DNA of 64,000 nucleotides from an uncultured Acidimicrobiales bacterium (GCA_963794615.1 CAWCEP010000010.1:43221-107220); one strand, 5' to 3'. Positions 37,246-46,618 are shown, counted from the stretch's first letter. The notes: generated from the letters alone by a model not told the origin. Program-made: numbers and translations.

Positions 37246-37594
37246 TGGAGGTGGCGGGAATCGAACCCGCGTCCTTCGGCTTCTCATCGGGCCTTCTCCG
37301 AGCGCAGCCGGCAGCTAGATCTCGGGGCCCTCGCCGCCGCCGGCGAATTCGAGGGCCCCCAACCGACCTTTGGTGTCCCCGGCGGCCAATCGGTGGAACC
37401 GCTCGGGTAAGCCCCGCTGAATGACGCCCGCTACCGGCCTGCAGGGCTGAGACCGGACGGACGGGCTACTTATTAAGCAGCCAGCGCGAGCTGAGGCTCG
37501 GCATTTGTTTTTTGTTCCGGCTCTTTAACGTGGTTCCGGAGACCACGGCTCGCTTCTCCCGAATTGACGACCAAAGTCGAAACCGATCACCCCC
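37246..37594 (-). ncRNA. ssrA: tmRNA (transfer-messenger RNA)
   Basis: The 5' end 'GGGGGTGATCGGTTTCGAC' pairs with the 3' end '...GGGTTCGATTCCCGCCACCTCCA'. That gives a 7-bp acceptor with a G3:U wobble, a T-arm 'GCGGGTTCGATTCCCGC', and no encoded CCA. The tag reading frame is '...AAT GCC GAG CCT CAG CTC GCG CTG GCT GCT TAA TAA' = '...NAEPQLALAA**'. It lies directly downstream of smpB. Confidence 0.92.
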
Positions 37595-37653
37595 GTGTAC
37601 TTGTGTGCACTCCATCCTACCCCGGGGCGGTGCCTAGGTCGTCGGGCGAGGAT

Positions 37654-38208
37654 TCAGTCGTATTCCTTGCGGGCCCCCCGTCCCACGCTCTTGCCCGCCG
37701 CGAAGCGCGCCTCGCGCTCGGCGTCGCGCTCGGCGTCGCGGGTGGCGATGGCGTGGCGCTTGTCGTAGAGGCGCCGGCCCTTGGCCAGGGCCAATTCCAC
37801 TTTGGCCCGTCCGTCTTTGAAATAGATCGAGAGCGGTACGAGGGTCAGGGCCTTCTGCTGGGTCTGGCCCATGAGCTCGTCGATCTGGTCGCGGTGCAGG
37901 AGGAGCTTCCGCCTCCGCTCGGGATCGTGGGCACCGAAGCCCGCCGCGTGCTCGTAGGGGGGGATGTGGACCCCGAGCAACCAGGCCTCGCCCTCTTCCA
38001 CGCGCGCGTAGGCGTCGGCCAGGGTGACCCGGCCCGCCCGGAGGGATTTCACCTCGCTTCCCTGGAGGGCCAGTCCGCATTCGTAGGTCTCGAGAATGTC
38101 GTAGTCGTGACGGGCCCGACGGTTCCGGGCCACCGTCTTGATGCGGTCCGTGCCGTCGTCGGGCACGCGGCGCGACGCTCGACGTCCCGGACCCTTCGCC
38201 GCTGCCAT
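37654..38208 (-). CDS. smpB: SsrA-binding protein SmpB
   Basis: '[29 protein letters not shown]...[10 protein letters not shown]...[15 protein letters not shown]...[27 protein letters not shown]' is canonical SmpB. Confidence 0.95.
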   Translation of the reverse strand: MAAAKGPGRRASRRVPDDGTDRIKTVARNRRARHDYDILETYECGLALQGSEVKSLRAGRVTLADAYARVEEGEAWLLGVHIPPYEHAAGFGAHDPERRRKLLLHRDQIDELMGQTQQKALTLVPLSIYFKDGRAKVELALAKGRRLYDKRHAIATRDAERDAEREARFAAGKSVGRGARKEYD

Positions 38209-38282
38209 CGCGCGGAACGGTACCCGGCGGTGCCCCCAGTCCGTCCGTGCCGGCCGGGGGAGACCCCCGGTACCCTCGGAGG

Positions 38283-38690
38283 ATGCTCCGGTTGCCCGCC
38301 CCCGTGTACGCCGAGATCGTCGGGCACTGCCTGGGCGGGCTCCCCGACGAGGCGTGCGGGTTGATCGGTGGCGACCCCGCCACCGGGGACGCGGTGCGGT
38401 GCTACCCGACCCGCAACCTGGCCGCCTCGGCCAAGCTTTATACCGTCGACCCCCTTGAGCACCTCCGAGCCGATCGCGACGCCGAGGCGCGTGGCTTCGA
38501 GATCATCGGCGTGTTCCACTCCCACACCCACACCGACGCTTATCCGTCGCCCACCGACGTCGCCCAGGCCCCCGATCCGGGGTGGCACTACGTGCTCGTG
38601 TCACTGCGCGACACCTATCCCACCTTGCGGTCGTACCGGATCCACGGGGAGGTGGTCGACGAGGAGCCGGTCGTGGTCGAGCCCCGGTGA
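38283..38690 (+). CDS. mec: JAMM/MPN+ metalloprotease Mec (CysO C-terminal processing)
   Basis: 'EACGLIGG' and the JAMM motif '[14 protein letters not shown]'. It sits upstream of cysO-cysM as in M. tuberculosis. The start is ATG 38283 or GTG 38247. Confidence 0.85.
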   Translation: MLRLPAPVYAEIVGHCLGGLPDEACGLIGGDPATGDAVRCYPTRNLAASAKLYTVDPLEHLRADRDAEARGFEIIGVFHSHTHTDAYPSPTDVAQAPDPGWHYVLVSLRDTYPTLRSYRIHGEVVDEEPVVVEPR

Positions 38691-38785
38691 CCGGTGACCC
38701 GGTAGAATGCTGACCGAAGTCGTCGACATTCGTCGGGCCGGTCCGTGTCCCCGGGGCGCGGCGGCCTCCGACCCGGGAGGGCATC

Positions 38786-39061
38786 GTGGCCGTCGAAGTG
38801 AGGCTCCCCACCGTCTTGCGCCAGCACGCCGGTGGGAGAGCGGCGGTGATCGCCGAGGGTTCGACCATCGGTGAGGTGCTCAATGATCTCGTGCGCAGCT
38901 ACCCGGGCATGAAGGGCCAGGTCCTCACCGAGGACGGGTCGCTGCACCGGTTCGTGAACGTCTACGTCGACGACGACGACGTCCGCTACCTCGATCAGCT
39001 CGACACCAAGGTGGCCGACGGCGTCACGGTGTCGATCCTCCCCGCCGTGGCCGGCGGCTGA
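38786..39061 (+). CDS. cysO: sulfur-carrier protein CysO (ThiS/MoaD fold)
   Basis: 91 aa ending '...SILPAVAGG*' with a C-terminal Gly-Gly. RBS 'gggagg' upstream of the GTG. Located between mec and cysM. Confidence 0.85.
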   Translation: MAVEVRLPTVLRQHAGGRAAVIAEGSTIGEVLNDLVRSYPGMKGQVLTEDGSLHRFVNVYVDDDDVRYLDQLDTKVADGVTVSILPAVAGG

Positions 39062-39101
39062 GGGCTCGCCCCTCACCGGCGCGACGCGAAGACGACAGCC
39101 C

Positions 39102-40049
39102 ATGGCCCAGGTCTCGAGCGTGCTCGACCTCATCGGGAACACCCCGCTGGTGGACGTGAGCTCGCTCAGCCCCAATCCCGCGGCGCGCATCCTCATCAAG
39201 CTCGAGGGCCAGAACCCGGGTGGGTCGGTGAAGGACCGCATCGCGCTGTCGATGGTGGAGGAAGCGGAGAAGGACGGTCGGCTCTCGCCCGGTGACACCC
39301 TTCTCGAGCCGTCCTCGGGGAACACCGGCATCGGCCTCGCCCTGGTGGCGCGGGTCAAGGGGTACCACCTCAAGGTGGTGCTGCCCTCCAACGTGTCGGT
39401 CGAGCGTCGCCAGCTCCTCGAGGTGTGGGGGGCCGAGGTCATCGAGTCACCGGGCACGGAGGGATCGAACGGGGCGGTGCGGTTGGCCCAGCGCATCCAC
39501 GACGAGCACCCCGAATGGGTCTTCCTCTACCAGTACGCCAACTCCGCCAACCCCAAGGCGCACTACGAGGGGACCGGTCCCGAGATCTGGCGGGACTGTC
39601 CCGAGGTGACCCACTTCGTCGCCGGGCTCGGCACGTCGGGGACGTTGCTCGGGGCGGGCCGGTTCCTCAAGGAGCGCAATCCCGCCATCGAGGTGTGGGC
39701 CGTCGAGCCTCCCGCCGGGGAGATGGTCGACGGACTGCGCAATCTCGACGACGGCTACATCCCTCCCATCTTCACCGACCTCCACGGCGCCGAGTTGCTC
39801 GACCGGAAGACCATGGTGGGGCCCCGGGCGTCGGTGGAGTGGACCCGGCGATTGGCCGAGGTGGGCGTGTTCGCGGGGATCTCCTCGGGGGCGGCCATGG
39901 CCGGCGCGGCGAAGTGCGCGCTCGGCATCGGGTCCGGGGTGATCGTGGTGGTGTCGGCCGACGGTGGTTGGAAGTACCTGTCCACCGGAGCGTGGACCGA
40001 CGATCTCGACGCCGTCGTCGAGCGCGCCGAGCACACCATCTACTTCTGA
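39102..40049 (+). CDS. cysM: PLP-dependent cysteine synthase CysM (O-phosphoserine sulfhydrylase type)
   Basis: PLP-lysine motif 'NPGGSVKDRIAL', 'SSGNTGIGLA' and 'GLGTSGTLLG'. Confidence 0.9.
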   Translation: MAQVSSVLDLIGNTPLVDVSSLSPNPAARILIKLEGQNPGGSVKDRIALSMVEEAEKDGRLSPGDTLLEPSSGNTGIGLALVARVKGYHLKVVLPSNVSVERRQLLEVWGAEVIESPGTEGSNGAVRLAQRIHDEHPEWVFLYQYANSANPKAHYEGTGPEIWRDCPEVTHFVAGLGTSGTLLGAGRFLKERNPAIEVWAVEPPAGEMVDGLRNLDDGYIPPIFTDLHGAELLDRKTMVGPRASVEWTRRLAEVGVFAGISSGAAMAGAAKCALGIGSGVIVVVSADGGWKYLSTGAWTDDLDAVVERAEHTIYF

Positions 40050-40055
40050 TCGGGG

Positions 40056-40868
40056 CTACTTCTTGGCCTTGGTGCGCAGCTGCACGGCCGCGTCCGGCTC
40101 GAGGACACGGAAGCTGAAGCTCTCTTCGAGGTAGAGCGCCACGACCTCGGCGTCGTGCGAGGCGTAGCCGATGGAGATGTCCTGGCCCGACTCGAGGACG
40201 AAGTCCCCGCCCCGCAGGCTGAGGACGATGCCGCACTCGACCCCGGGCGCCCACACCAGGGGGCCGCCCAGGATCTGACGGAGGTGGTCGAGGAGCAGGT
40301 GGCCGCCGTGCTCGGCGGTGTGGACGATCTCGGTGTAGATCCCCGGCGACAGGGCCAGTCCGTAGGGGCCGCCGATCCCCGCCCCCCGGAGCACGTCGAC
40401 GGCCTCGGCCACGGCGGTGGGGTAGTGCTCGGCGTCGGCCGAGAGCGTGAGCGCGGTGTGGGAGGTGTTCTCGGTGATGCCCCTGATCTGACCGGCCCCG
40501 TAGCCGTGGAAGACGGCGGTGTTCTCGGCCAGGGCGATGCGCCGACCCGCCTCCTCGAGGCCGGGCAGGTCGAGGTCGGTGGCGCCCCGCTCGGCCGCGT
40601 CGACCTCGGAGCGGCTGACCACGAAGGGGGCGCGCAGCTCCACCAGCGGGAGCACCTGGCGTTGGGCGCCGGTGACGTCGGGGAGGGGGCCGGCGATCGG
40701 CGCCGTGCGCCCCAGGGTGGTGGCCGAATGGGTCCAGCCCAGGGGCCCCTCGAAGTCGACGAGCTTGCGGGCCGCCAGGTAGGTCTCGAGGCGGGGCTTG
40801 ATCTCGTCTTCGATGGCCTGCCATCCCGCGTCGGCGATGGGGGCGAGCTGGCGGTGGAGGTGGTTCAT
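40056..40868 (-). CDS. family 1 encapsulin shell protein (linocin M18-like, HK97 fold)
   Basis: 'MNHLHRQLAPIADAGWQAIEDEIKPRLETYLAARKLVDFEGPLGW...LVELRAPFVVSRSEVD...' is typical of encapsulin. The ATG at 40868 overlaps the cargo-gene stop (ATGA). Confidence 0.9.
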   Translation of the reverse strand: MNHLHRQLAPIADAGWQAIEDEIKPRLETYLAARKLVDFEGPLGWTHSATTLGRTAPIAGPLPDVTGAQRQVLPLVELRAPFVVSRSEVDAAERGATDLDLPGLEEAGRRIALAENTAVFHGYGAGQIRGITENTSHTALTLSADAEHYPTAVAEAVDVLRGAGIGGPYGLALSPGIYTEIVHTAEHGGHLLLDHLRQILGGPLVWAPGVECGIVLSLRGGDFVLESGQDISIGYASHDAEVVALYLEESFSFRVLEPDAAVQLRTKAKK

Positions 40869-41254
40869 GATTGCCGTCCCTTCAGGCTCCCGATCCCGAG
40901 CGATCCCGAGCTCTCGCCCGCCGCCCCGGCCGGTTCTTCCGGTCCCGAGCCCGATTCGGCCTCGGCTTCGATCTCGAGGATCGACCCCGTCGTGAACAGG
41001 TAGGTGCGGAGGTGGCGGTCGAGGGTGGGGTCGCGGCGCCGGAGCCACTCGAGGGTCATCGAGGCGTGCTCCTTCTCCTCGTCGCGGTTGTGGGCGAGGA
41101 CATCGGCCAGGCTGGGGTCGGACGTGGCCTTCACGCGCTGGTCGTACCAGTCGACGGCCTCGAGCTCCTCGCACAGCGAGGTGACGGCCCGGTGGTGGTC
41201 GATGGTCTCCTCGTCGAGGAGGTCAGCGGACTCGTGCAGCCCTTCGCTCGCCAT
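40865..41254 (-). CDS. encapsulated ferritin-like cargo protein (EncFtn) with C-terminal targeting peptide
   Basis: Di-iron-type motifs 'CEELEAVDWY' and 'HNRDEEKEHASMTLEW'. A flexible Gly/Ser/Glu linker precedes the C-terminal 'SGSLGIGSLKGRQS', which matches the encapsulin cargo-loading consensus. Confidence 0.85.
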   Translation of the reverse strand: MASEGLHESADLLDEETIDHHRAVTSLCEELEAVDWYDQRVKATSDPSLADVLAHNRDEEKEHASMTLEWLRRRDPTLDRHLRTYLFTTGSILEIEAEAESGSGPEEPAGAAGESSGSLGIGSLKGRQS

Positions 41255-41401
41255 GTCGTGCTCCTGTCGCCGGTCGGGGGGCCATACCCGGCGCGCCCCC
41301 CGGTACTCCTCGGGTCCACGGGACACGGTATAGGTTTCGACCATGGCCGACCTCCGCCCCGCCGTCGTGGTCCCACCCGGCCCGGCCCGGTGGGCGCGGC
41401 G

Positions 41402-41716
41402 GTGACCCCGAGGTCGGCGAAGCCCAAGGAGAAGGTGCGGGCGCTTCCCGAGCACCTCCACCGCAGCGAGCGGTGGAACGGGCTGCGACGCGGCGATCCC
41501 GTCGAGATCGAGGGCCCGGTGCTGCGGGGGGCGGTGTGGCGGTTCCTCGGCTACGTCCGGAACGAACGCAACGGGGCCGAGTCGGTCGAGGTCATCGGGG
41601 GCCGACCCGGGGAGGACCGGATGCGGTCGTTCCTCCCCGAGCAGGTCTTCCCGGTGGGAGGGCGGCGGACGGGCCAGGCCTCGCTGGCCGACGCGCCCCG
41701 GCTCCCCCTCACCTAA
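41402..41716 (+). CDS. conserved-looking small hypothetical protein
   Basis: The GTG-initiated frame reads '...LPEHLHRSERWNGLRRGDPVEIEGPVLRGAVWRFLGYVRNERNGAESVEVIGGRPGEDRMRSFLPEQVF'. I cannot name a family. Confidence 0.45.
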   Translation: MTPRSAKPKEKVRALPEHLHRSERWNGLRRGDPVEIEGPVLRGAVWRFLGYVRNERNGAESVEVIGGRPGEDRMRSFLPEQVFPVGGRRTGQASLADAPRLPLT

Positions 41717-41777
41717 AGCACCGGCGGTACGCCAGCGTCGCCCTCGGCGCCCGGTCGGGTGCCGTAGCCTTCGGGGC

Positions 41778-42662
41778 ATGGACAGCCGTCCCATCGGCAT
41801 GTTCGACAGCGGGTTCGGTGGGCTGACCGTGGCTCGGGCGCTGATCGACCTCGCCCCCCACGAGGAGCTCGTCTACGTGGGCGACACCGGCCGCTACCCC
41901 TACGGGCCGCGCCAGCTCGACGAGGTGCGGTCGTTCGCGGTGCAGATCGCCCGCTGGTTGATCGACGAGATCGACGTCAAGCTCATCGTGGTTGCCTGCA
42001 ACACCGCCTCGGCCGCCGCGCTCGACACCCTGCGCGCCCTGGTGCCGGTGCCCATCGTGGGGGTCATCGACCCCGGGGTGCGCGCCCTGGCCCGGGCCAC
42101 TCGCAACCGTCGGGTGGGCGTGGTGGGGACCGTCGGCACCATCCGGTCGGGCGCCTACCAGCGCGCCATCGGGGAGCTGGCCGTCCCCCTCGAGCTCGTG
42201 CCCGCCTCGTGCCCGGGTTTCGTGGAGTTCGTGGAACGGGGCGAGACGCGCTCTGACCAGGTGGCCGTGCTGGCCGAGCGCCTCCTGGCGCCGGTGCGCG
42301 ACGCCGGCGTCGACGCGCTGCTGCTGGGGTGCACCCACTACCCGTTCCTGGCCCGGACCATCGCCGATGTGATGGGGCGCGACGTCGTGCTCGTGTCCTC
42401 GGCCGACGAGACCGCCTTCGAGGTGCGGGCCATCCTCGGTGGCGCCGAGCAGGCCGGGGGAGCCGTGGGGCGGGGCGAAGACGACAAGCCGGGCACGCTG
42501 CGGGTGTACTCGTCGGGGGACGTGGGGTGGTTCCGCACCGTGGGGAGCAGGCTCTTCGGTGAGGAGCTCGGCGAGGTGGGGGGGCTGTCGTGGCCCGACC
42601 CGCCTCCCGTGGCCGACGCCGGCCACGGGGGCGCGGTGGTCGGCGAGCGCGGCGCCGGCTGA
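41778..42662 (+). CDS. murI: glutamate racemase
   Basis: 'IGMFDSGFGGLTV', 'VVACNTASAAAL' and 'LLLGCTHYPFL' (both catalytic Cys motifs). Confidence 0.95.
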   Translation: MDSRPIGMFDSGFGGLTVARALIDLAPHEELVYVGDTGRYPYGPRQLDEVRSFAVQIARWLIDEIDVKLIVVACNTASAAALDTLRALVPVPIVGVIDPGVRALARATRNRRVGVVGTVGTIRSGAYQRAIGELAVPLELVPASCPGFVEFVERGETRSDQVAVLAERLLAPVRDAGVDALLLGCTHYPFLARTIADVMGRDVVLVSSADETAFEVRAILGGAEQAGGAVGRGEDDKPGTLRVYSSGDVGWFRTVGSRLFGEELGEVGGLSWPDPPPVADAGHGGAVVGERGAG

Positions 42663-42666
42663 GCGG

Positions 42667-43398
42667 GTGCTGACCCTCACCGTCCTCGGCTGTGACGGCA
42701 GCCATCAGGCCGCGGGCGGGGCCGCCAGCGGCTACCTGGTGCGGTCGTGGGCCTCGGGGACGTCGGTGTGGATGGACGCCGGTCCCGGGACCTTCGCCAA
42801 CCTCCAGCGCTTCACCGATCCGCTCGAGCTCTCGGCCGTGGTGCTCACCCACGAGCACCACGACCACTGCAGCGACGTCGAGGACTTCATCACCGCGGCG
42901 CGCTGGGTGTACCCGTTCGAGCGCGACCCCGTTCCCGTCTACGCCGCGCCCGGGGTGCTCGGGCGTCTGACCCAGGAGGTGGAGGGGATCCTCGATTGGC
43001 ACGAGGTGGGCGACGGTGATGGCGTCGACGTCGGTGATCTGCGCCTGGCCTTCAGCCGCACCGACCACCCGCCCGTCACCCTGGCGACGCGGCTCGAGGG
43101 ACCGTCGGGCGCGCTGGGATACTCTGCGGACTCCGGGCCCGACTGGTCGCTGTCCGCCCTCGGCCCCGGGCTCGACCTCGCCCTGTGCGAGGCCACCTAT
43201 ACCTCCGACCGCAAAGGCCCCCCCATCCACATGAGTGGTGCAGAAGCAGGTTCCAACGCCCGGGGGGCGCGTGCCCGGCGCCTCGTGATCACCCATCGCT
43301 GGCCCACCGCCGACGCGGCCGAGGTCCTGGCCGAGGCCACCGACGCCTTCGGGGGCCGGGTCGAGCAGGCCGCCGTGGGCCGGGGCTACTCGCTGTGA
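42667..43398 (+). CDS. MBL-fold metallo-hydrolase (Rv1339-like position between murI and rph)
   Basis: '[13 protein letters not shown]' metal-binding motif. The GTG start is at 42667. The stop overlaps the rph start (GTGA). Confidence 0.8.
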   Translation: MLTLTVLGCDGSHQAAGGAASGYLVRSWASGTSVWMDAGPGTFANLQRFTDPLELSAVVLTHEHHDHCSDVEDFITAARWVYPFERDPVPVYAAPGVLGRLTQEVEGILDWHEVGDGDGVDVGDLRLAFSRTDHPPVTLATRLEGPSGALGYSADSGPDWSLSALGPGLDLALCEATYTSDRKGPPIHMSGAEAGSNARGARARRLVITHRWPTADAAEVLAEATDAFGGRVEQAAVGRGYSL

Positions 43399-44144
43399 CC
43401 GACCGGCGCGCCTTGCGGGCCGACGGCCGGGACGTGGCCGAGCTGCGCCCGGTGACGTTCGAGCGCGACTTCACCGAGTTCGCCAACGGCTCGGTCCTGG
43501 TGTCGATGGGCAAGACCAAGGTCCTGTGCACGGCGTCGGTCGAGGACCGCGTCCCGCCCTGGTTGCGCGGCGGCGGCAAGGGCTGGGTCACCGCCGAGTA
43601 CTCGCTGCTGCCGGGTTCGTCGGCCGAGCGGGTGGGCCGCGAGGCGGCCAAGGGCAAGCAGTCGGGCCGGACGCATGAGATCCAGCGCCTCATCGGCCGG
43701 TCGCTGCGGGCCGTGACCGACCTCGTCGCCATGGGCGAGCTGTCGGTGACGGTGGACTGCGACGCCTTGCAGGCCGACGGCGGGACGCGCACCGCCTCGA
43801 TCTGCGGCGCCTACGTGGCGTTGCACGACTGCTTCACGCGCCTGGTCCATACACGGGTGCTGTCGTCGCACCCCCTCACCGACGCCTGCGCGGCGGTGTC
43901 GGTGGGCGTCGTCGACGGCGCCTGCCTGTTGGACCTCGACTACTCCGAGGACTCGCGGGCCGAGGTGGACATGAACGTCGTCATGACGGGGTCGGGCCGG
44001 TTCGTGGAGGTCCAGGGCACCGCCGAGGGGATGGCCTTCACCCGCGGCGAGCTCGACGAGCTGGTGGGCCTGGCCGAAAAGGGCATCGGGGTGCTGCTCG
44101 ACGAGCAACGCGCCGTCCTCGCCGAGCCGCCCCCTCCTCGGTGA
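43395..44144 (+). CDS. rph: ribonuclease PH
   Basis: '[43 protein letters not shown]...[16 protein letters not shown]...[15 protein letters not shown]'. Confidence 0.95.
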   Translation: MTDRRALRADGRDVAELRPVTFERDFTEFANGSVLVSMGKTKVLCTASVEDRVPPWLRGGGKGWVTAEYSLLPGSSAERVGREAAKGKQSGRTHEIQRLIGRSLRAVTDLVAMGELSVTVDCDALQADGGTRTASICGAYVALHDCFTRLVHTRVLSSHPLTDACAAVSVGVVDGACLLDLDYSEDSRAEVDMNVVMTGSGRFVEVQGTAEGMAFTRGELDELVGLAEKGIGVLLDEQRAVLAEPPPPR

Positions 44145-44791
44145 CCACCGGCGGGGGCGACGGCAACGGCGTGGGCGCCACCGGGAGGCTCCGCATGGTG
44201 CTCGCCACCGCCAACCCCGACAAGGCGGCCGAGATCGTGGCGCTCGTGTCCGACACGGTGGGGGACCGGGTCGAGCTCGTGGCCCGGCCCCCGTCGGTCG
44301 GCGAGGTGGAGGAGACCGGCGACACTCTCGAGGACAACGCCCGGCTCAAGGCGGTGGCGCTCGTGAAGGCGACGGGGTTGCCCGCTATCGCCGATGACAC
44401 CGGGCTCGAGGTCGAGGCGCTCGGAGGCGGGCCGGGTGTGCGCTCGTCGCGCTACTCGGGCGAGCACGCCACCTACGACGACAACGTGACCAAGCTCCTC
44501 GCCGAGCTCGACGCGGCCGGCGCCCACGCTCCCGAGGCCCGCCGGGCCCGGTTCCGGACCGTGGCCATGGCCTGCTTCCCGGGCGGGCGCGAGGTGGCGG
44601 CCCACGGTGTGGTGGAGGGGACGATCTCGCCCGAGCGGCGGGGGACGGGCGGCTTCGGCTACGACCCCGTGTTCATCCCCGACGGCGGGGACGGGCGGAC
44701 CTACGCCGAGATGCCGAGCACCGAGAAGAACACTCGCTCGCACCGGGCCCGGGCCTTCCGGGCCCTCGCCATCGGCCTGCTGTCGGGCTGA
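44141..44791 (+). CDS. rdgB: non-canonical purine NTP pyrophosphatase (RdgB/HAM1)
   Basis: '[12 protein letters not shown]', '[22 protein letters not shown]', '[10 protein letters not shown]' and '[10 protein letters not shown]'. Confidence 0.9.
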   Translation: MTTGGGDGNGVGATGRLRMVLATANPDKAAEIVALVSDTVGDRVELVARPPSVGEVEETGDTLEDNARLKAVALVKATGLPAIADDTGLEVEALGGGPGVRSSRYSGEHATYDDNVTKLLAELDAAGAHAPEARRARFRTVAMACFPGGREVAAHGVVEGTISPERRGTGGFGYDPVFIPDGGDGRTYAEMPSTEKNTRSHRARAFRALAIGLLSG

Positions 44792-44801
44792 GGGCGCCGG
44801 G

Positions 44802-45689
44802 TCACCGCAGGCGCCACGTCACCCGTTCCCCCGAGGCGAAACGGGCCTGACCCTCCGCCAGGGCGGCGGGGTCGTTGCCGAGGCCCACGAACGCCCACCC
44901 CAGCCCGAGCGCCTGGCTGCGAGACAGCTCGCGCCCCGCCCACAGGGCCCGCAGGGTCCCCTGGACCGCCACCGGATGGGCCTTGGCGATCTCCGCCGCC
45001 GCCCACTGGGCCCGGTCCCGGAGCTCGTCGGCCGGCACCACCTCGGTGACGAGGCCGATCTGGAGGGCCCGCTGGGCGCTCATGCGCTCCGCGCTCCCGA
45101 GCAGGGTGAGCCGGACGAGGTCACCGAAGGGCATGCGATCGGTCATCTGGAGGGGCTCGAAGGCGGCCGCCATGTTGAAGGTGAGATGGGGGTCGAAGAA
45201 GGTGGCGTGGTCGGCCGCGATCATGAAGTCGACCTCGCCCAGCATGTAGAAGGCGCCCCCGCAGGCGATGCCGTTGATCGCCGCGATGACCGGCTTCCAC
45301 AGGTCGTTGGCCTTGGGGCCGAGGTTCTCCCCGGGGTCGTCGAACATGAACGGCGTCGAGCCCGACCCGATGTGCACGGGCTCGTCCTCGGCGGGGCCCG
45401 ACGCGGGGCTGCCCGATCCAGAAGCGCCCGACCCCGGTGCCCCCGACCGTCCCGGTCGGGGCCCGTCGGCCAGCGCCTCGGAGCGGTCGATGCCGGTGCA
45501 GAAGGCCTTGTCCCCGGCCCCGGTCAGGACCACCACCCGGACGTCGTCGTGGCGCCGGAGCCAGCGCCACACGCTGCGCAGCTCGCGCTGCATGGTGGTG
45601 TTGAAGGCGTTCATGACGTCGGGCCGGTTCAGGGTGACCCACGCCACGCCCTCGGACTCCTCGTAGCCGAGCGTCTCGAACTCGGGCAT
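44802..45689 (-). CDS. enoyl-CoA hydratase/isomerase (crotonase) family protein
   Basis: 'VAWVTLNRPDVMNAF', 'VVVLTGAGDKAFCTGID' and 'PVIAAINGIACGGAFYML'. It contains a Gly/Ser/Pro-rich insertion. Confidence 0.85.
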   Translation of the reverse strand: MPEFETLGYEESEGVAWVTLNRPDVMNAFNTTMQRELRSVWRWLRRHDDVRVVVLTGAGDKAFCTGIDRSEALADGPRPGRSGAPGSGASGSGSPASGPAEDEPVHIGSGSTPFMFDDPGENLGPKANDLWKPVIAAINGIACGGAFYMLGEVDFMIAADHATFFDPHLTFNMAAAFEPLQMTDRMPFGDLVRLTLLGSAERMSAQRALQIGLVTEVVPADELRDRAQWAAAEIAKAHPVAVQGTLRALWAGRELSRSQALGLGWAFVGLGNDPAALAEGQARFASGERVTWRLR

Positions 45690-46107
45690 CGCTTCCTCGC
45701 CGTGGTCGTCGGGACCGCCGGAGGCGTCCGGCGTCTCGGGCGGGCCGCGGGCACGGTAGCAGGGGCGAGAAGCGGTGGGCACGCCGGGGCCTGTCCGATC
45801 ACTCTGGGGGCTGCTCGATCGGACAGGCCCGGCGGTCCGTACAGCTCCGGGTGGTGGCCGGGGGCATGTTCGGCACCGGCCCGGTGCTCGCCTCCGACCG
45901 GGAAAAGCAGCGGGCGACGAAGCTCCCGACATCTTGAGCCATGGCCGCTCGCCCCCACTAGGGACCAAAGTCCCTATTGCGCCCCGAGCGGGCGTGGCCC
46001 GCATTGGCGGTGTGGCCTCCATTGGCGGCACAGTGTCACGGCGCCGATGGGGCTCGGCGCCTATGGGGAAGACCGGTCGCACCGGTCACGGCCAGGGGAG
46101 GAGCACG

Positions 46108-46605
46108 ATGTCGGACGACGAGCTGAGCAAGATCATCGGCAAGCCCATGAGCAAGTCCCGGGTCGTCGTCGAACGCGGACCGGTCGCCAACTTCGCCACC
46201 GCCGTGTGCGACGCCAACCCCGTCTATCGCGACCCCCGGGCCGCCGCCGAGGCCGGCTTCGACGCCATCCCGGTGCCGCCGACGTTCCCCTTCGTCATGC
46301 AGACCTGGGGCGAGTTCCCCGAGGCGCAGCCCACCGACAAGCCCAAGGGCAATCCCATGGGCGAGGTCATCGGCCCGCTCATGGCCAAGGGCGGCATCAT
46401 CCTCCACGGCGAGCAGGAGTTCATCTACCACCGGCCCGTGGTGGTGGGGGACGTGCTCGTGGGGGAGGGCCACGTCACCGACGCCTACGCCAAGGAGTCC
46501 AAGGGCACGACCATGACCTTCCTCGTGACCGAGACGGTGTGGCGGGACGAGGCGACGTCGGAGCCCGTGGTCACGTCGCGCTTCAACCTCATCCACCGCG
46601 GCTGA
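46108..46605 (+). CDS. MaoC-family dehydratase, N-terminal-type (HadA-like hotdog subunit)
   Basis: 'VERGPVANFATAVCDANPVYRDPRAAAEAGFDAIPVPPTFPF...ILHGEQEFIYHRPVVVGD'. RBS 'ggggaggag'. Confidence 0.8.
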   Translation: MSDDELSKIIGKPMSKSRVVVERGPVANFATAVCDANPVYRDPRAAAEAGFDAIPVPPTFPFVMQTWGEFPEAQPTDKPKGNPMGEVIGPLMAKGGIILHGEQEFIYHRPVVVGDVLVGEGHVTDAYAKESKGTTMTFLVTETVWRDEATSEPVVTSRFNLIHRG

Positions 46606-46618
46606 CCCGACCCCCGGC

